Positions 26,641-38,666 of a stretch of 64,000 bases of DNA are shown one piece after another. How positions within the stretch are numbered: position 1 is the first letter of the stretch; every line of letters begins with the position of its first letter. Source of the DNA: Narcine bancroftii. Its lineage: Eukaryota. The translations under genes were made by a program, and so were the position numbers. The notes under the pieces are model-generated. The model was not told the origin of the DNA. It did not search any database and saw only the letters and a list, made by a program, of their open reading frames with translations. Location of the stretch: assembly GCF_036971445.1 (NCBI RefSeq), contig NC_091475.1, positions 157,170,001 through 157,234,000 of the forward strand. The letters are read 5' to 3'.

Positions 26641-28902
26641 CCAAGTTCTACCCTTGGCTATAATAACAAAATTTGGCCATATTGCTCTTGTATTTGAACA
26701 TCCCAAGATGCTCCAAAGGAATTTTATCACTGATCAACATCAGGAGATATTAAAATAGGCAATCCAAAGCTTGGTCAGAGATTTTGAGGAACATCTTAAA
26801 ATTAGAGGTTTAGGTGTCAACTCCAGAGCTCTGAGACAACACAATAGGACAACCATCATCAGTTAGCATTGAAAATAAAGGAAGGGCAATAGCCAAGAAT
26901 GGTGCACATCAGTGTTCATGGAGAGTTATGAGGCAGAAGATTGAAAGATAAAGCATTTGAAAGAATTGCTGGACTGGGATTCAATACATGTCAGAGATCA
27001 CAGGACCAATTAAGATTTTAACAACTGCAAGTGCTCAAATTCTGAAATAAAAGAAAATGCTAGAAATAATCAGCATGTCAGGCAACATCTGTGGAAGGAG
27101 AAACAGAGTTGGCACTTCAGATTGAAGACCATTCATCAGAGCTGTTCTGCCAAATGGTCTTCAGTCTGAAATGTTAATTACTTACCTTTCCACAGGTTCT
27201 GTGCCATCTCCTGAATGTTTCTGGGCTTTTCATTAAAAAAAAATTGGCACAGAAGCAGCTCTTGTACTTGGTCAGTTTGTCAAGTGCAGCAATATTGGGA
27301 GAATAAAATTTCTGGAGGATGCCATAAGGACATTGGCAGAGTCACGTTTGGTCATGGCAGATAAACCAGGGCAGTCAGCCAATGTGTTTTGTTAACCTAC
27401 TAATTCCCTATTTTGAGCAGGTGCTCTGAGTGTCTGTTATGAAGTGGGATTACTTCAGGCTACTATTTTGATGTCCATCGTGCAAATCTTCATTATTCAT
27501 TTAGATAGTGGTCCACACATGCTGGGGACGCAAATTGAATGGGATAATTTTGCTCTGGTTAGAAGCTGGCTTTAACAGATTGCATTTTGCTGCTAAGAAT
27601 TTTGAATCACAAAATTATATACATTTTAAAATCATTGGTATCACTAACTCTGGAGATAAACAATCATCTAACTTCCAGAAAGGAAAATAATCTGTTGGAA
27701 TAATGGAGTCAAAACTCACAGAATACCACATATATATATTTAAACCTGCCAGAATGGTAGAACCTAGTCGATGTGCTTTTATTTATAAACAACTCAATGT
27801 AACCATCTAATGTTCAATGAAAAGGTGAAAGTCTGCTGGGTTTTATTAAGTTTCAGAACACTAATTACTGTATCCTTTACAGCTGGTTTTAATATTAATC
27901 AGACATTATAAACGTTTCTACTGCCATCTTGTGGAGAAAAGATAGCAGACAAAGATAGCAGATTTCTTTATCAATAGAAAAGAATCAGTGAGCAGTTTTT
28001 AACAATAATTTGTCTTTACAATTATAGGTCTTAACTATTTTGCAATTTGTTTAAATGACATTTGAATTCTCCCGATGGCACGGATTCTCATTAAATTGGT
28101 GTTTTAAGATAAATGATCCAGGTCCCTGGCTTATTTTTACAGCAAAATCCACCATAATGCTGAGCCAGTGTTTTTGAGCCCGAACTCATCTAAGCAAACC
28201 AGGATGGTTGAGGTGTACAAACTAACCATCTCCACTTTGAATATTCTTGGCAACTGAATTTCCGCAGCCTACCTGGACAAAGAATTCCAAATTCCATACC
28301 CTTGAACTACTTGCTCTATCTGTCGGATGACTTTGAATGATACATCAGGTCCCTTCCAAATCATCGCCAGTTAAAACAGGTGCTGCTCTTTCCATTGCAT
28401 CAGCTACAATCCACCTCATTGACCTTGACAGGTCAGTAACTTCTTGGATTCTGGGTTTTTATGTTTTAAGAAATACAAGCACATGGTTCAGCATTAAATC
28501 TGTTCCACTTACACTGATAAATATTGGCTAACTATGGGTTCAATCCCCAAGCATGTTAAGATCTAGAAAAATAATTTTCTACTAGAACTAACAATTTTAG
28601 TTCAAGATATTCAAATTACTAAAATTAGTATATTGTCAGGGCTATTAAAACATTTATTTCCGTTTGAACTAATTTGCATTTCTTTTAACAAAATTAATAG
28701 ATTTAAAAATGGAAATATGGGGTGAATTTCAACAGATTAGATCACACCTGCTGCATTAAAAAAAGGGATTTTTACAGCTCTTTTGTGAATGCTACAATCA
28801 GGAAACAATCTTTGCAGAAATTCAACTCCATCATAAAATGCTTGAGCCATAACTAAATATCCCTTTTAAAAATATCCTTGGTTTCATGATGGTCAGGAAA
28901 CT

Positions 28903-31503
28903 TTAAAATGACGAGTACTCAACTTCAGAAAATTCTGTACTTGTTGCAAATAGTTCTGGTGAATAACAATCCTGGGCCTTGTTCTCTGAAAATGTGCGAA
29001 AAGCAGCTGGCAAGCTTTCATTCATTTTAGGATCTTTCCTCGACTGAAATTCTCTAGAAACAAGAGCTCCCAGTTTTTCTGTTCTCTTTTGAAAAACCTT
29101 CCTTGAGTGGAGTATTTTATGTTGAAATGATGGCGTGGTATAATTTCCTGCAGGTGTCCTTTTTATATATAGGTGGCCTCTGAACTGGTTGCTACTGTCC
29201 TCCTCTTTGTTGGCCTCTGTTGCAGTCTTTGAGTCAGTGGTTGCTATAGCACCACTACCAGCATGAGACACATTTTTAAATAATTTAAAACCTTGTGACT
29301 CGTGTACATTCAAGACACATGGAGAAAAACAAGATCTTTGAGTTTTGATTGTTGAGGGTGAAATCCATTCATTGGAGTCACTTGTACAGGATTTGCTCAC
29401 TGGGCTGCTGTCTAATAAAGACAACTTTGATGAAACAGAAGTTTGGTTGCTTTGAGGCACTTTTTGAATGTGAAATAATTGCTGTTTGAGGTGATCATAT
29501 TTATGAAAACCACCCTGCTTCTGGTAAAAACCAGCTTCTTTTGGATAGGTCTTAAAATAGGGCAATGTCTTGAATACTTGTTTTTCTCCCACCCTGAACA
29601 TTTTTAAATGTTTAACACTTGAAACAGGTGTAGACTGAGAACATGGAATACAATCCTGTGAATCTACAAAGTCACATTTAGGTAGTTTCTGTGAATAATT
29701 CTCTGGAGAACTAATATTGTTTTCATTTGCTAATGTGGCAGCAGCCACATCCATACAATGCAGGGAAATATTACACTGTTGCTCACTGAGCTTACAGGTG
29801 GTTTTACTGAATGTTTTAGATGCAGATCTTGGAGATAAAGTACATTGGAATCTTTTGGGACATAATGGTGATTCTTCTTCATTGCCTACTGCATCACTGA
29901 AGAGTTCACCAGAAACATCATATTCTTGAAGGTTGGTACATAAATTATGAAACAGGTTGCTTTCATTCTTAAGGATGGATAACAAGCGAGAACTACCTAC
30001 AGATTCCTGGTCACATTTATCAAAGTTGTGTTCATGATCTTCAACCAGAGTGTTTTCCTTCATTTTCAGTAACCACTTGGCAGAAGGCAATGGTGTTTGA
30101 AAATCAGCACTTCGCAGTAGATGAAATTTATTTGTACTTGATTTGTTAATTGTATGATTGTTTAAATTTTTCAACAATTGGTCCACCTGCTTCTCAGGCT
30201 GATTGTGCATCTCCGGTAGGATTGTCTGATCAGAATAGGTGCTGTCATTATCTGCATTGATCGGGCTTAAATCAGTCCTGCAAAGGTTTCCAGCTGCTTC
30301 TGGGTTGGGAGTGTATATAGTATATGAATCATTCCCTGACCATACAGACCTTGATCTTCGTGGAGAAGACAGTTTCTCAGTCAGATCATTTTTGAAAACA
30401 TCTGCAAGGGCCAGGTGCTCTACAGTACCATTCAGTCTGTTAGAATCACCCTCGTAGAAGTTTTTTCCATTTCTAGTTTTTCTAGATTTTGGCAATTTAC
30501 ACTTAGTAGAATTTATATCCTGTTCTCCATTTCTCCTCTTCTGAGCTTGAACTCCAGAATGGTAATCAATTTCCAGGCTTTTTAAAAAGCAGGAATGGAT
30601 GGCACCATCAACACCGTTCACCCTGGTGGTCAATGCATTCACCCTGGTGGGCAGTGCATTTTCTTCATTACATCTTTCCAATGAGGCTTCCACTTTTGCT
30701 ACAAATTCACCTAAACTTTCTGTAAAAGGCAACTCATCCCATAATGTAGAATCATTACAATCCAATAGTCTGCAACTTTGGTCAGAGGGCAAATGTGTAT
30801 CTTTCCAATTGGACAAAGAGTCCCCAAACGTCTGTGTGCAAAATCTTTGGGTATCAAAACTCAACTCCAGGTTGTCCTCTAACTCAAAACTGGAATCATT
30901 GAATTGATATGTACATTCATTAGCACGTAGCCTATGCAATTCTACACTAGATGGTAGCTTGCCCGTGGTATTTGCACAACAGTCATTGATATCGCTACTA
31001 TTTTGAGAAACCGAAGTAGCAAAATCTGAGAATTTTCTTTGGTTAAATATCCCTTTACAGGTTGCTCCCTCAACATGATCAAGGTATTTCTGGCTAGTCT
31101 TTGAACGAGCATTGCTTGTTCTTGCAGATGGAAATTCTTCAACTGTACAACAGTCACCAGACGCAAAGGTAAGAGCAAAATCCTGCTGCCAAGGGTTTGA
31201 TAATTGATTAGCATCTGTTAACAGTGTGCAAAACTGTGTGTTATCAGACAAGTAGCTCAAATTATTGATCTTGGTCGTTGATTGGTCAATACTAGTAGAT
31301 AGTTCTGAATTGAAAGACAAATCTTTTAGCCTGATTGAATTCAAGAGTTTCTTGTAATAATGGATCACAGTGCAGCCATAGACTGTGGTGTTTGGCACTG
31401 CAATTTGGCAGACTATCAGGTGTTTTTTAGGTTTTCTTTTTCTGATGGTAGATTGTAAGAAACTTGGAGAAAATGACAATACACCAGTTTTAGATTCCGA
31501 TGC
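28903..31503 (-). CDS. DDIAS: DDIAS large terminal coding exon
   Basis: Acceptor at 31504-05, in frame with ORF 28903-31479. Motifs LIVCQIAVP..GCTVIHYY, LWDELPFTESLGEF, YDVSGELF and YSPELF. The four exons total 2994 nt = 997 aa, about the length of human DDIAS. Confidence 0.95.
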   Translation of the reverse strand, partial: ASESKTGVLSFSPSFLQSTIRKRKPKKHLIVCQIAVPNTTVYGCTVIHYYKKLLNSIRLKDLSFNSELSTSIDQSTTKINNLSYLSDNTQFCTLLTDANQLSNPWQQDFALTFASGDCCTVEEFPSARTSNARSKTSQKYLDHVEGATCKGIFNQRKFSDFATSVSQNSSDINDCCANTTGKLPSSVELHRLRANECTYQFNDSSFELEDNLELSFDTQRFCTQTFGDSLSNWKDTHLPSDQSCRLLDCNDSTLWDELPFTESLGEFVAKVEASLERCNEENALPTRVNALTTRVNGVDGAIHSCFLKSLEIDYHSGVQAQKRRNGEQDINSTKCKLPKSRKTRNGKNFYEGDSNRLNGTVEHLALADVFKNDLTEKLSSPRRSRSVWSGNDSYTIYTPNPEAAGNLCRTDLSPINADNDSTYSDQTILPEMHNQPEKQVDQLLKNLNNHTINKSSTNKFHLLRSADFQTPLPSAKWLLKMKENTLVEDHEHNFDKCDQESVGSSRLLSILKNESNLFHNLCTNLQEYDVSGELFSDAVGNEEESPLCPKRFQCTLSPRSASKTFSKTTCKLSEQQCNISLHCMDVAAATLANENNISSPENYSQKLPKCDFVDSQDCIPCSQSTPVSSVKHLKMFRVGEKQVFKTLPYFKTYPKEAGFYQKQGGFHKYDHLKQQLFHIQKVPQSNQTSVSSKLSLLDSSPVSKSCTSDSNEWISPSTIKTQRSCFSPCVLNVHESQGFKLFKNVSHAGSGAIATTDSKTATEANKEEDSSNQFRGHLYIKRTPAGNYTTPSFQHKILHSRKVFQKRTEKLGALVSREFQSRKDPKMNESLPAAFRTFSENKAQDCYSPELFATSTEFSEVEYSSF

Positions 31504-32171
31504 CTGTGAAGAAAAGAAATCACACTATTAAACAAAATCTCAAAAATGCATTCTTAAATATCAAAAGTGCAGCATTCAAATTTTTAAATTGCACTAAATT
31601 ACACAACATGAAATTGACAACAGTCAAGTGCCTTCCTTCCACACAAAAAAACCATAATGGGAGAAATAAACTAATTAGCCCCTCGTGTATGCTCTGACAT
31701 TCAAATCATGGCTAATCAACATTCCCTTTAATTCCTTTGCAGTTCAAGTGTCTGTCAATCTCTACTGAATATATTTTGCTGAATTCTCCATTGCTCTCAA
31801 AGATGGACATTTTCAAAAAGATTCACTACCCCTGAAAAGACTCTCCTCTTCAGTTCTATTGTTAAAGGATAACCTCTTATTCAAGTGGATAATGCATTTG
31901 GGGAAAGCATTCTTATTTACTGTAAATCACCCACAGAATATTTTACATTTCACTTTCATTCTTCCAAACTCCATTGAAGATTAATTCTTTAAATTTTCCC
32001 TACACTGACACACAAGCATGCACTTCATTCCTTAAATATGGAGCCAAAAAAGTATATGTATTATTTCATAGCGAGTCTCGCCAGCCCTCAGTAAAGTTAC
32101 ATCAAAACCTTCCTATCTATTCTCCATCCAGTTAGGGTCAACATTCTATTAGCTTTCCTAATCATCTCTTC

Positions 32172-33835
32172 CCATAGAACATTACAGCATAGAAACAGGC
32201 CCCTTCGGCCCTTCTAGAATGTGCTGAACTATTATTTTGCCTTGTCCCAATGACCTGCACCCAGTCCATCACCCTCCATGCACCTGTCTAAATTGGTCTT
32301 GAATATTAAAATTGACCCCACATTTACTACTTCTGCCTGCAACTCGTTCTATACTCCAACCACTCTATGTGAAGTCCCCCCCACCAATGTTTTCCCTAAA
32401 CTTTCCACTTTAACCCATGCCCTCTGTTTTGTGTCTCACTTACCCCCAGTGGAAAAAGACTACCTACAATTACTGTTTATAACCTTTAATTTTAAATACC
32501 TTTATCAAATCCACCCCCCCCCCCAATAAAGTCATAACCTGTTTAACCTTTAACTGTAACTCAGATCCCGAAGTCTGGGCCACATCCTGGTAAATCTTCT
32601 CTGCACTTTCAAACTTATTGATCTTTCCTGTCATAAGGTGACCAAACCTGCACACAATAACTCCAGATTTGGCCTCACCAATGTCTTATACAACTTTATC
32701 ATAAGATCCCAACTCCTGTACTCAGTACTTGACTTATGAAGGCCAATAAGCCAACAGCTCTCTTTGCAACCCTAGATACCTGTGATGCCATTTGATCCCC
32801 ATTCTACTGCACTCTTCAGTGCCCTACCATTTACCATGTATATTTATCCTTCCAAAATGCAACACCTCACATTTATCTGCATTAAATTCCATCTGCCATT
32901 TTTCCAGCTGGTCCAGATCCCTCACCAAACTTTGAAAGTCTTCTTCATTGACCACAGCACTTCCAAACTTTGTGTCATCTGCAAACTTGCTGATCCAATT
33001 TACCACATTATCATCCATATTAATGATCTAGATGATAAAGAAGAATGCTCTCAGCACCAATCTTTGATCTACATCACTAATCACAGGCCTCCAGTCTGAG
33101 AAGCAATCATCCACTACAACTCTCTGGCTTCTCCCGTATAGACAATATCATATCTAGTTTACTACTTCACCATGAATACAGAACGTCTGAACCTTCCTGA
33201 CTAATCTGCTATGTGGGACTTTGCCCAAACCTTTCCTTCATCAACGATCCTGTAACCTCCTCAAAAAATTCTACAAGATTGGTTAAACATGACCTACCAT
33301 GCAAAAAGCATGTGGACTATCCTTAATCAGTCCTTGGCTATCCAAATGTTTGTACAACCGATCTCTTAGAATACACTCCAATAATTTACTGACATCAGGC
33401 TCACTGGCCTATCATTTCCTGGGTTACTTTTGGAACCTTTTTTTAAAAAAACAATGGAACAACATGAGCTACCCTCCAATCCTCTGGCATCATACCAGTG
33501 GCTAAAGATATTTTAAATATTTTTGCCAGAGCCCCTGCAATTTCTACACTATCCTTCCTCAGGACCAAGGGACTATCTTGTCAGGCCCCGTGAATTTATC
33601 CACCCTTATTTGCTTTAAGACATCAAGCACCTCCTCCTCTATTCTGTATAAGGTCCTAGACTTTTTTTCCTTTACTTCACTATACTCTGTGCCAGTTTCC
33701 TGGGTAAATACTGATGCAAAAAAAAAAAATAATAAAAAATTAAGATCTCTCCTATCTTTTCTGGCTCCATACATAGCCGACCACTCTGATCTTCTAGGGG
33801 ACTAATTTTGTCCCTTACTATCCTTACCATACATG
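32172..33835 (-). mobile_element. CR1-type LINE, decayed, in the DDIAS last intron
   Basis: Encodes ISKFADDTKFG..EKWQMEFNADKCEVLHFG and KFTGPDKI; CR1-like 3' tail near 32172. Confidence 0.85.
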
Positions 33836-33839
33836 TGCC

Positions 33840-34330
33840 AACCTTCTGTGTTTCATTTATTAGAGTCCTGATTCCTATGCAACACAACACTGCAATCTTG
33901 CTCCATTTAAAACTAATTTGATTTTTCATTCTTCCCTCCAAAATGGATGACTTTGCATTTTTACAAGTTGTATTCCATCTGGCAAGTTCCTGCCCAATCA
34001 CTTAATGTCCCCATCAGAACCTGATACCCTACCACCCTTGTATCATAGCCAGCTGTGGCTGTCATACACAATTCTTTCATCCAAATCATTAACACTGATT
34101 ACAAACAGTGCTCTAAACTGATTCTGAGGTACACCACTGGTTATCAACAGCCAATCCAAAAATATTCTTTCAATCCAACTTTGTTGCTTGGTAGCTAAAC
34201 CCCTCAATGCTAATATAACCCTGACCCCATGTACCCTAATCTTGTGCCATAACCTTTAACATGGCATTTTATTGCATACCCCTAAAAATCCAAACATACT
34301 ACATCTATTGGTCCCCCTTTATCATCCATC
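33840..34330 (-). mobile_element. Older CR1/L2-like fragment
   Basis: Decayed RT-region sequence similar to the adjacent CR1. Confidence 0.5.
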
Positions 34331-35439
34331 TTGTGTGTTTCTTTTAGAATTCTTGGGAAGTTTGATTATCAAACTTGTTTTTGTTTATTAGTTCATTTGG
34401 AAAATTGTAATACATTTTCTTTTTTATTTATAATATATATATATTTAATAAATTATAAAATTATATTTAAAATTGTACTCTTAATATATGGACTCTAACA
34501 GTGAGAGGTGTCAGGCTGATTTGATCTATAGTTTCCTGCTTTTGACTTCCTTGTTTCCTCAATAGTGGATTTACATTGTGCCTTTTCCAATTCAGGGAAT
34601 GTTAAAGTATGCAGTGATCTACCTTCTCTATAAAGGTATTCACTTCATTTCAACAATGCAGGCAACTCATCAGACAATGGTTTGCCCAATAACTTTTTCT
34701 TCAGTGATAACTTTTTTTTAAAAAAAGTTATTTTTCCACAATATTCCCAAATATCTCACATTGTTGGGAAGTTTTAAAAAAGCATCTTTTACCATAAAGA
34801 TGAGTCCAATACAATATCTGCCATTAAAAAAAAATCCCATTATTAACTGTAATCTCATCTGCCTTGAACCAATATTTACTGAAATCTGAATCTACTTTAG
34901 TTATTCTTCCCTTTTACACAATAAAACTTTGATAAAGTAGTACCCTTAATACATCGGTGGTGTTAGACTAGCAAATTTTCTAGACTATTGCGTATTACTC
35001 TTTGTACACTAACACATATTTCACATTATCTTTACATGTTATGAAGTAGTAAATTTCTAGTGAACCAATTAAGCTTAAAGGGAATGCAGTAAGCAGAAGC
35101 TCAATAAGTTTCTAGTAAAGTTCCCCACATTTCTGACCATTGTTCCTGACTTTAGACGGTGATTCTAGTACACCCAATCCACATTCCCAATAACATGCCA
35201 TGGATCTTGTGAGTATGTAGCTCAGTGGATAGTAGATTTAAAGATGTCCAGTAAGTAATTCACTTCGTGAGCTGGATGTCAAAATATAGGATACCATTTC
35301 AGAGATTTATTGCCTATATCTTTAGAAGCTGTCAGTTCTTGTATTACTTGGTTATTCACTCTCATACACTATGACAGTTTCTTCCCTTCTGTCATCAATC
35401 TTATAAAAATAAAGTTATGAAAGGGATAGATCAGTTTTG

Positions 35440-35930
35440 TAATCTCAACAGCTCCAATTGTAAAGACATGACCTGCCCATACAAAGCCATATTGATCATT
35501 CTTAATCTGATCATTACATTCCAGACGTGCATTAACCCATCCCTGGGTATCTTTTCCAATGGTTTCCCTACCACTGATGTAAGGCTGACTGACTTACATT
35601 TTTCTTGATTATCCCTTTTCCCTTCTTGAAAAAAAAGTACAACATTAGCCACTCTCCAGTCCTTTGGATCCTCTCCTGTTACTAATGAGGATGCAAAAAT
35701 ATTTGTCAAGGCCCCAACAATCTCTTTACTTGCCGGGGATATAACTTGATGGTCAAAAAGACCCAACACCACCTCTTTTTAAATCTCAAAATATCCCAAC
35801 AGATGAGCATTCCCCACATTATGTTCACTGTCTTTGTTCATGTCCTTCTCCTTTGTAAATACCAAGTGCCGAGTTATTACCTTACCCACTTTCTTGCCCC
35901 TTTTGTCCTTGAGTGATCCTAGCCATCTTT
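35440..35930 (-). mobile_element. CR1-type LINE fragment
   Basis: Encodes IFASSLVTGEDPKDWRVANVV..SVSLTSVVGKPLEKI. Confidence 0.8.
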
Positions 35931-37144
35931 GATTTTTTTTAATGCAAGAAGGACTATAAAACAGTTCAATCCCTCTCCTTTATTTAAAATAAAATCCAAG
36001 AATAGCAAAACTGGCTGCTTCTCATTTTTACACCCCTTTTAAAAGCACTGTAAAAATCAACTGGCTGCAAAATTTAGACCTTCAAGTTGCACATTATGGA
36101 TAATTCACTTCATAAATACATTCTTCATTCTATTAAATTACTTTTGTCAAAGTGGTGGCAGTGATATTCTCATTTACCTATTCCTGAAACTGAATACCAT
36201 TTCCTGGGCACCTTTCAAAAAAATTCGTAATTGGCAAAATTCGCAACACAAACTAGAGAGTTACCAAATAATAAAATCATAGATACTGTGGTCTTGAGGA
36301 TAAGTTTTAAGTTATTTTATTTGTGGAAGAGTGCTGGAGAAGAATATTCTATCTCTGTGTTCCTCTAATTGTCTCAAAGCACCAATTTTTTCACCCATTT
36401 TATTTGTAATTTTGTCTCAATGGACTTCCCTTATAGAATATTTATCAATAAATGGTAAGAACAGTCTCATAATGATGTTTGTAAACCTAGAAGGGATACA
36501 AATTAAAAAATAAAAACAAAATATTGAATAGTGAAAGAGTATCTAACATTTCAGGTTAATGACTTTCATCAGTACTTTGCTTTTCAGCTTGCTTAGTCCT
36601 AGATTTTCAAACAGCTTTGTAGACTGCAAAATAAATTCTTCACTATGTATCTCAGATGCCCATCAGCATGAAAAAAAAGATTTCATTAAGCAACAAAATA
36701 TAAATGTTTGACATTTGAGAAAAGAAAGTAATAAACAGAGCAATTTTGTACAATATTCAAAGATTAATTAGGGTAATTCTTCAATATTAGTTTTTGTAAA
36801 ATCTATTGAAGGAAATTCACTGTTTGTGTCATTACAAGTTTTACTTACCTCATAAAACATTCTGTATTATTCTGTAGTGTTTAATCCTGTTAAGTGTTTG
36901 GATCACTTTAAGTGTTTTTATAAATACAAATAATACTTTTTTCAAAACTCAACACTACAATATTTGCTCATGGATTTCAGCAATTAAATAAATTGTAAAT
37001 ATTATTCTAAATGCACAGTTTTGGAAAATCAAAACTTAATGATGAAGTAGCTTGTTTTTACAAGTCCAAAAGTCATAAAATGCAAATAACAGCTATTCCT
37101 GATTGGAAAAAATTCCAGTCATATGGCACATATTTAATCATCAC

Positions 37145-37262
37145 CTTCACTCCAAATATAAAGCTTCTCCCAATAAAACAATGTTCTACAGCTTGGACCA
37201 GCAAATCTTGAACTTTCCCTTCCTCTGGTTCTTCCAGTTCCTTTTTCAAGTCTTCGCAGTAT
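37145..37262 (-). CDS. DDIAS: DDIAS coding exon 3
   Basis: AG/GT bounded, 118 nt. Encodes YCEDLKK..LLVQAVEHCFIGRSFIFGVK. Confidence 0.93.
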
Positions 37263-37701
37263 CTATATGGAATCGAAAACAATGCACAAATTGAAAGAAA
37301 GTGCTCAATGTGGATCACTTGTCCGGCAGAAGTGAACCTGAAGGGTTAGTGATTTGCTGGAATGAAATACCACCATTTGTATACTACCACAACATTAGGT
37401 TAGATTAATAGAGTTGCTTCAGTAAACCAAACTTTGTGTTCTATTTAGTCAGTGTATGGAATAGTATTTCTAGAAAGTCAAGTACAGCAGAGTAGAGAAA
37501 TCTACATTTTAAAGGACAACTACATGTTAATATCCAGAGGTTGTTTAAAAAAAACCCCACTTTGGTTGAGTGCACTGTTGAAAACTCAATCATACTCATG
37601 TAGTAAAGCTTAACATTTTCAGAGTTTCAATAAATGTACTTAGTTTTAAGATGGTCTGATGGTCTTAATGACATCAATGATATTCCCAGACTTAGATTTA
37701 C

Positions 37702-37863
37702 CTGTTTAGAAATCCTGCTGCTGCTCCAAAGTAAGGTTCAAGACAGCTCCCAAAGATGGTAATATTAAATATGTCACCCTTCCCTGCAACTTTTGCAGAA
37801 AGTCTGTATCTGTAATTTACATTCTGCGCTATTGATAAACAGTCACGCCTTGGGCACTGGAAT
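37702..37863 (-). CDS. DDIAS: DDIAS coding exon 2
   Basis: AG/GT bounded, 162 nt. Encodes FQCPRRDC..NYRYRLSAKVA..ITIFGSCLEPYFG (DUF4650 / RPA-like OB-fold region). Confidence 0.95.
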
Positions 37864-38666
37864 CTGCAATTAAAATAAAATTGAATTGATCTTTCACAAA
37901 ATATACATTTACAGTATTTCAATCTGAAAACCACTTCATGAATCATGGAGAATTGAGTATACACGCATACCTTCACAAATGTTTTTTAAAAAAAAGAATG
38001 AAACAGGTTACTGCTCAAAGCCAAATCTTGCAAATCACTGCAGATGTTGAGAGTTTTGGAAACTAAAGGAAATGCTCAGCAGATGACACAGCAACAATGG
38101 TGACAGAAATCAAGGTAACATTTCAGACCAATAACCTTTCATCAAACTGGGATAATTGAGGGAAGCAGCATCGTTTTAATAAACTATAAAAGGAGAATAC
38201 TGGAAATCTGACATAAACGTTGCCAGCATTTTCTGAACTCAGTATCAAGCTTGAATCGTTTATTGCACCCAATTCTGATGGATGCATTGAGAAAACCATT
38301 GCTAAGCTATTTACAATTTGCTTGAGAACTTCTGCAGAGATGGAAATAAAAAAAACCCAATTCAGCCACAATTTGCAATCAATACACCTTAGATATTTCT
38401 ATTCTTCAAAAAGCAGGGGAATTGAATGTTTACTGAGGGGTTTGAAAAGTGAGAAAGTCTTACTGATGTACAAGGGGAGAGCACAGATTTTATATACTTC
38501 TAGTGAAAACCTTCTCTGGCCTTGGTTAGCTCAGAATGTAATGACTTGGCTATTTCCTGAGATGTCCTATAAAGAGTAACTAAATGAGAAGTAGTAATCT
38601 ATTGATTGAGAGATACAAGATTTTGTACTAAAATTGTTTTTGAGGGGTGATGCAGAAATAATCCAT

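Noticed and set aside
28140-28440. Possible orphan exon between RAB30 and DDIAS
   Set aside because: The plus-strand frames contain stops, and the PVKTG..ATIHL remnant suggests an old RTE-like RT fragment.
28903-31479. Stand-alone 858-aa novel gene
   Set aside because: It is the terminal DDIAS exon, with an in-frame splice acceptor at 31504-05.
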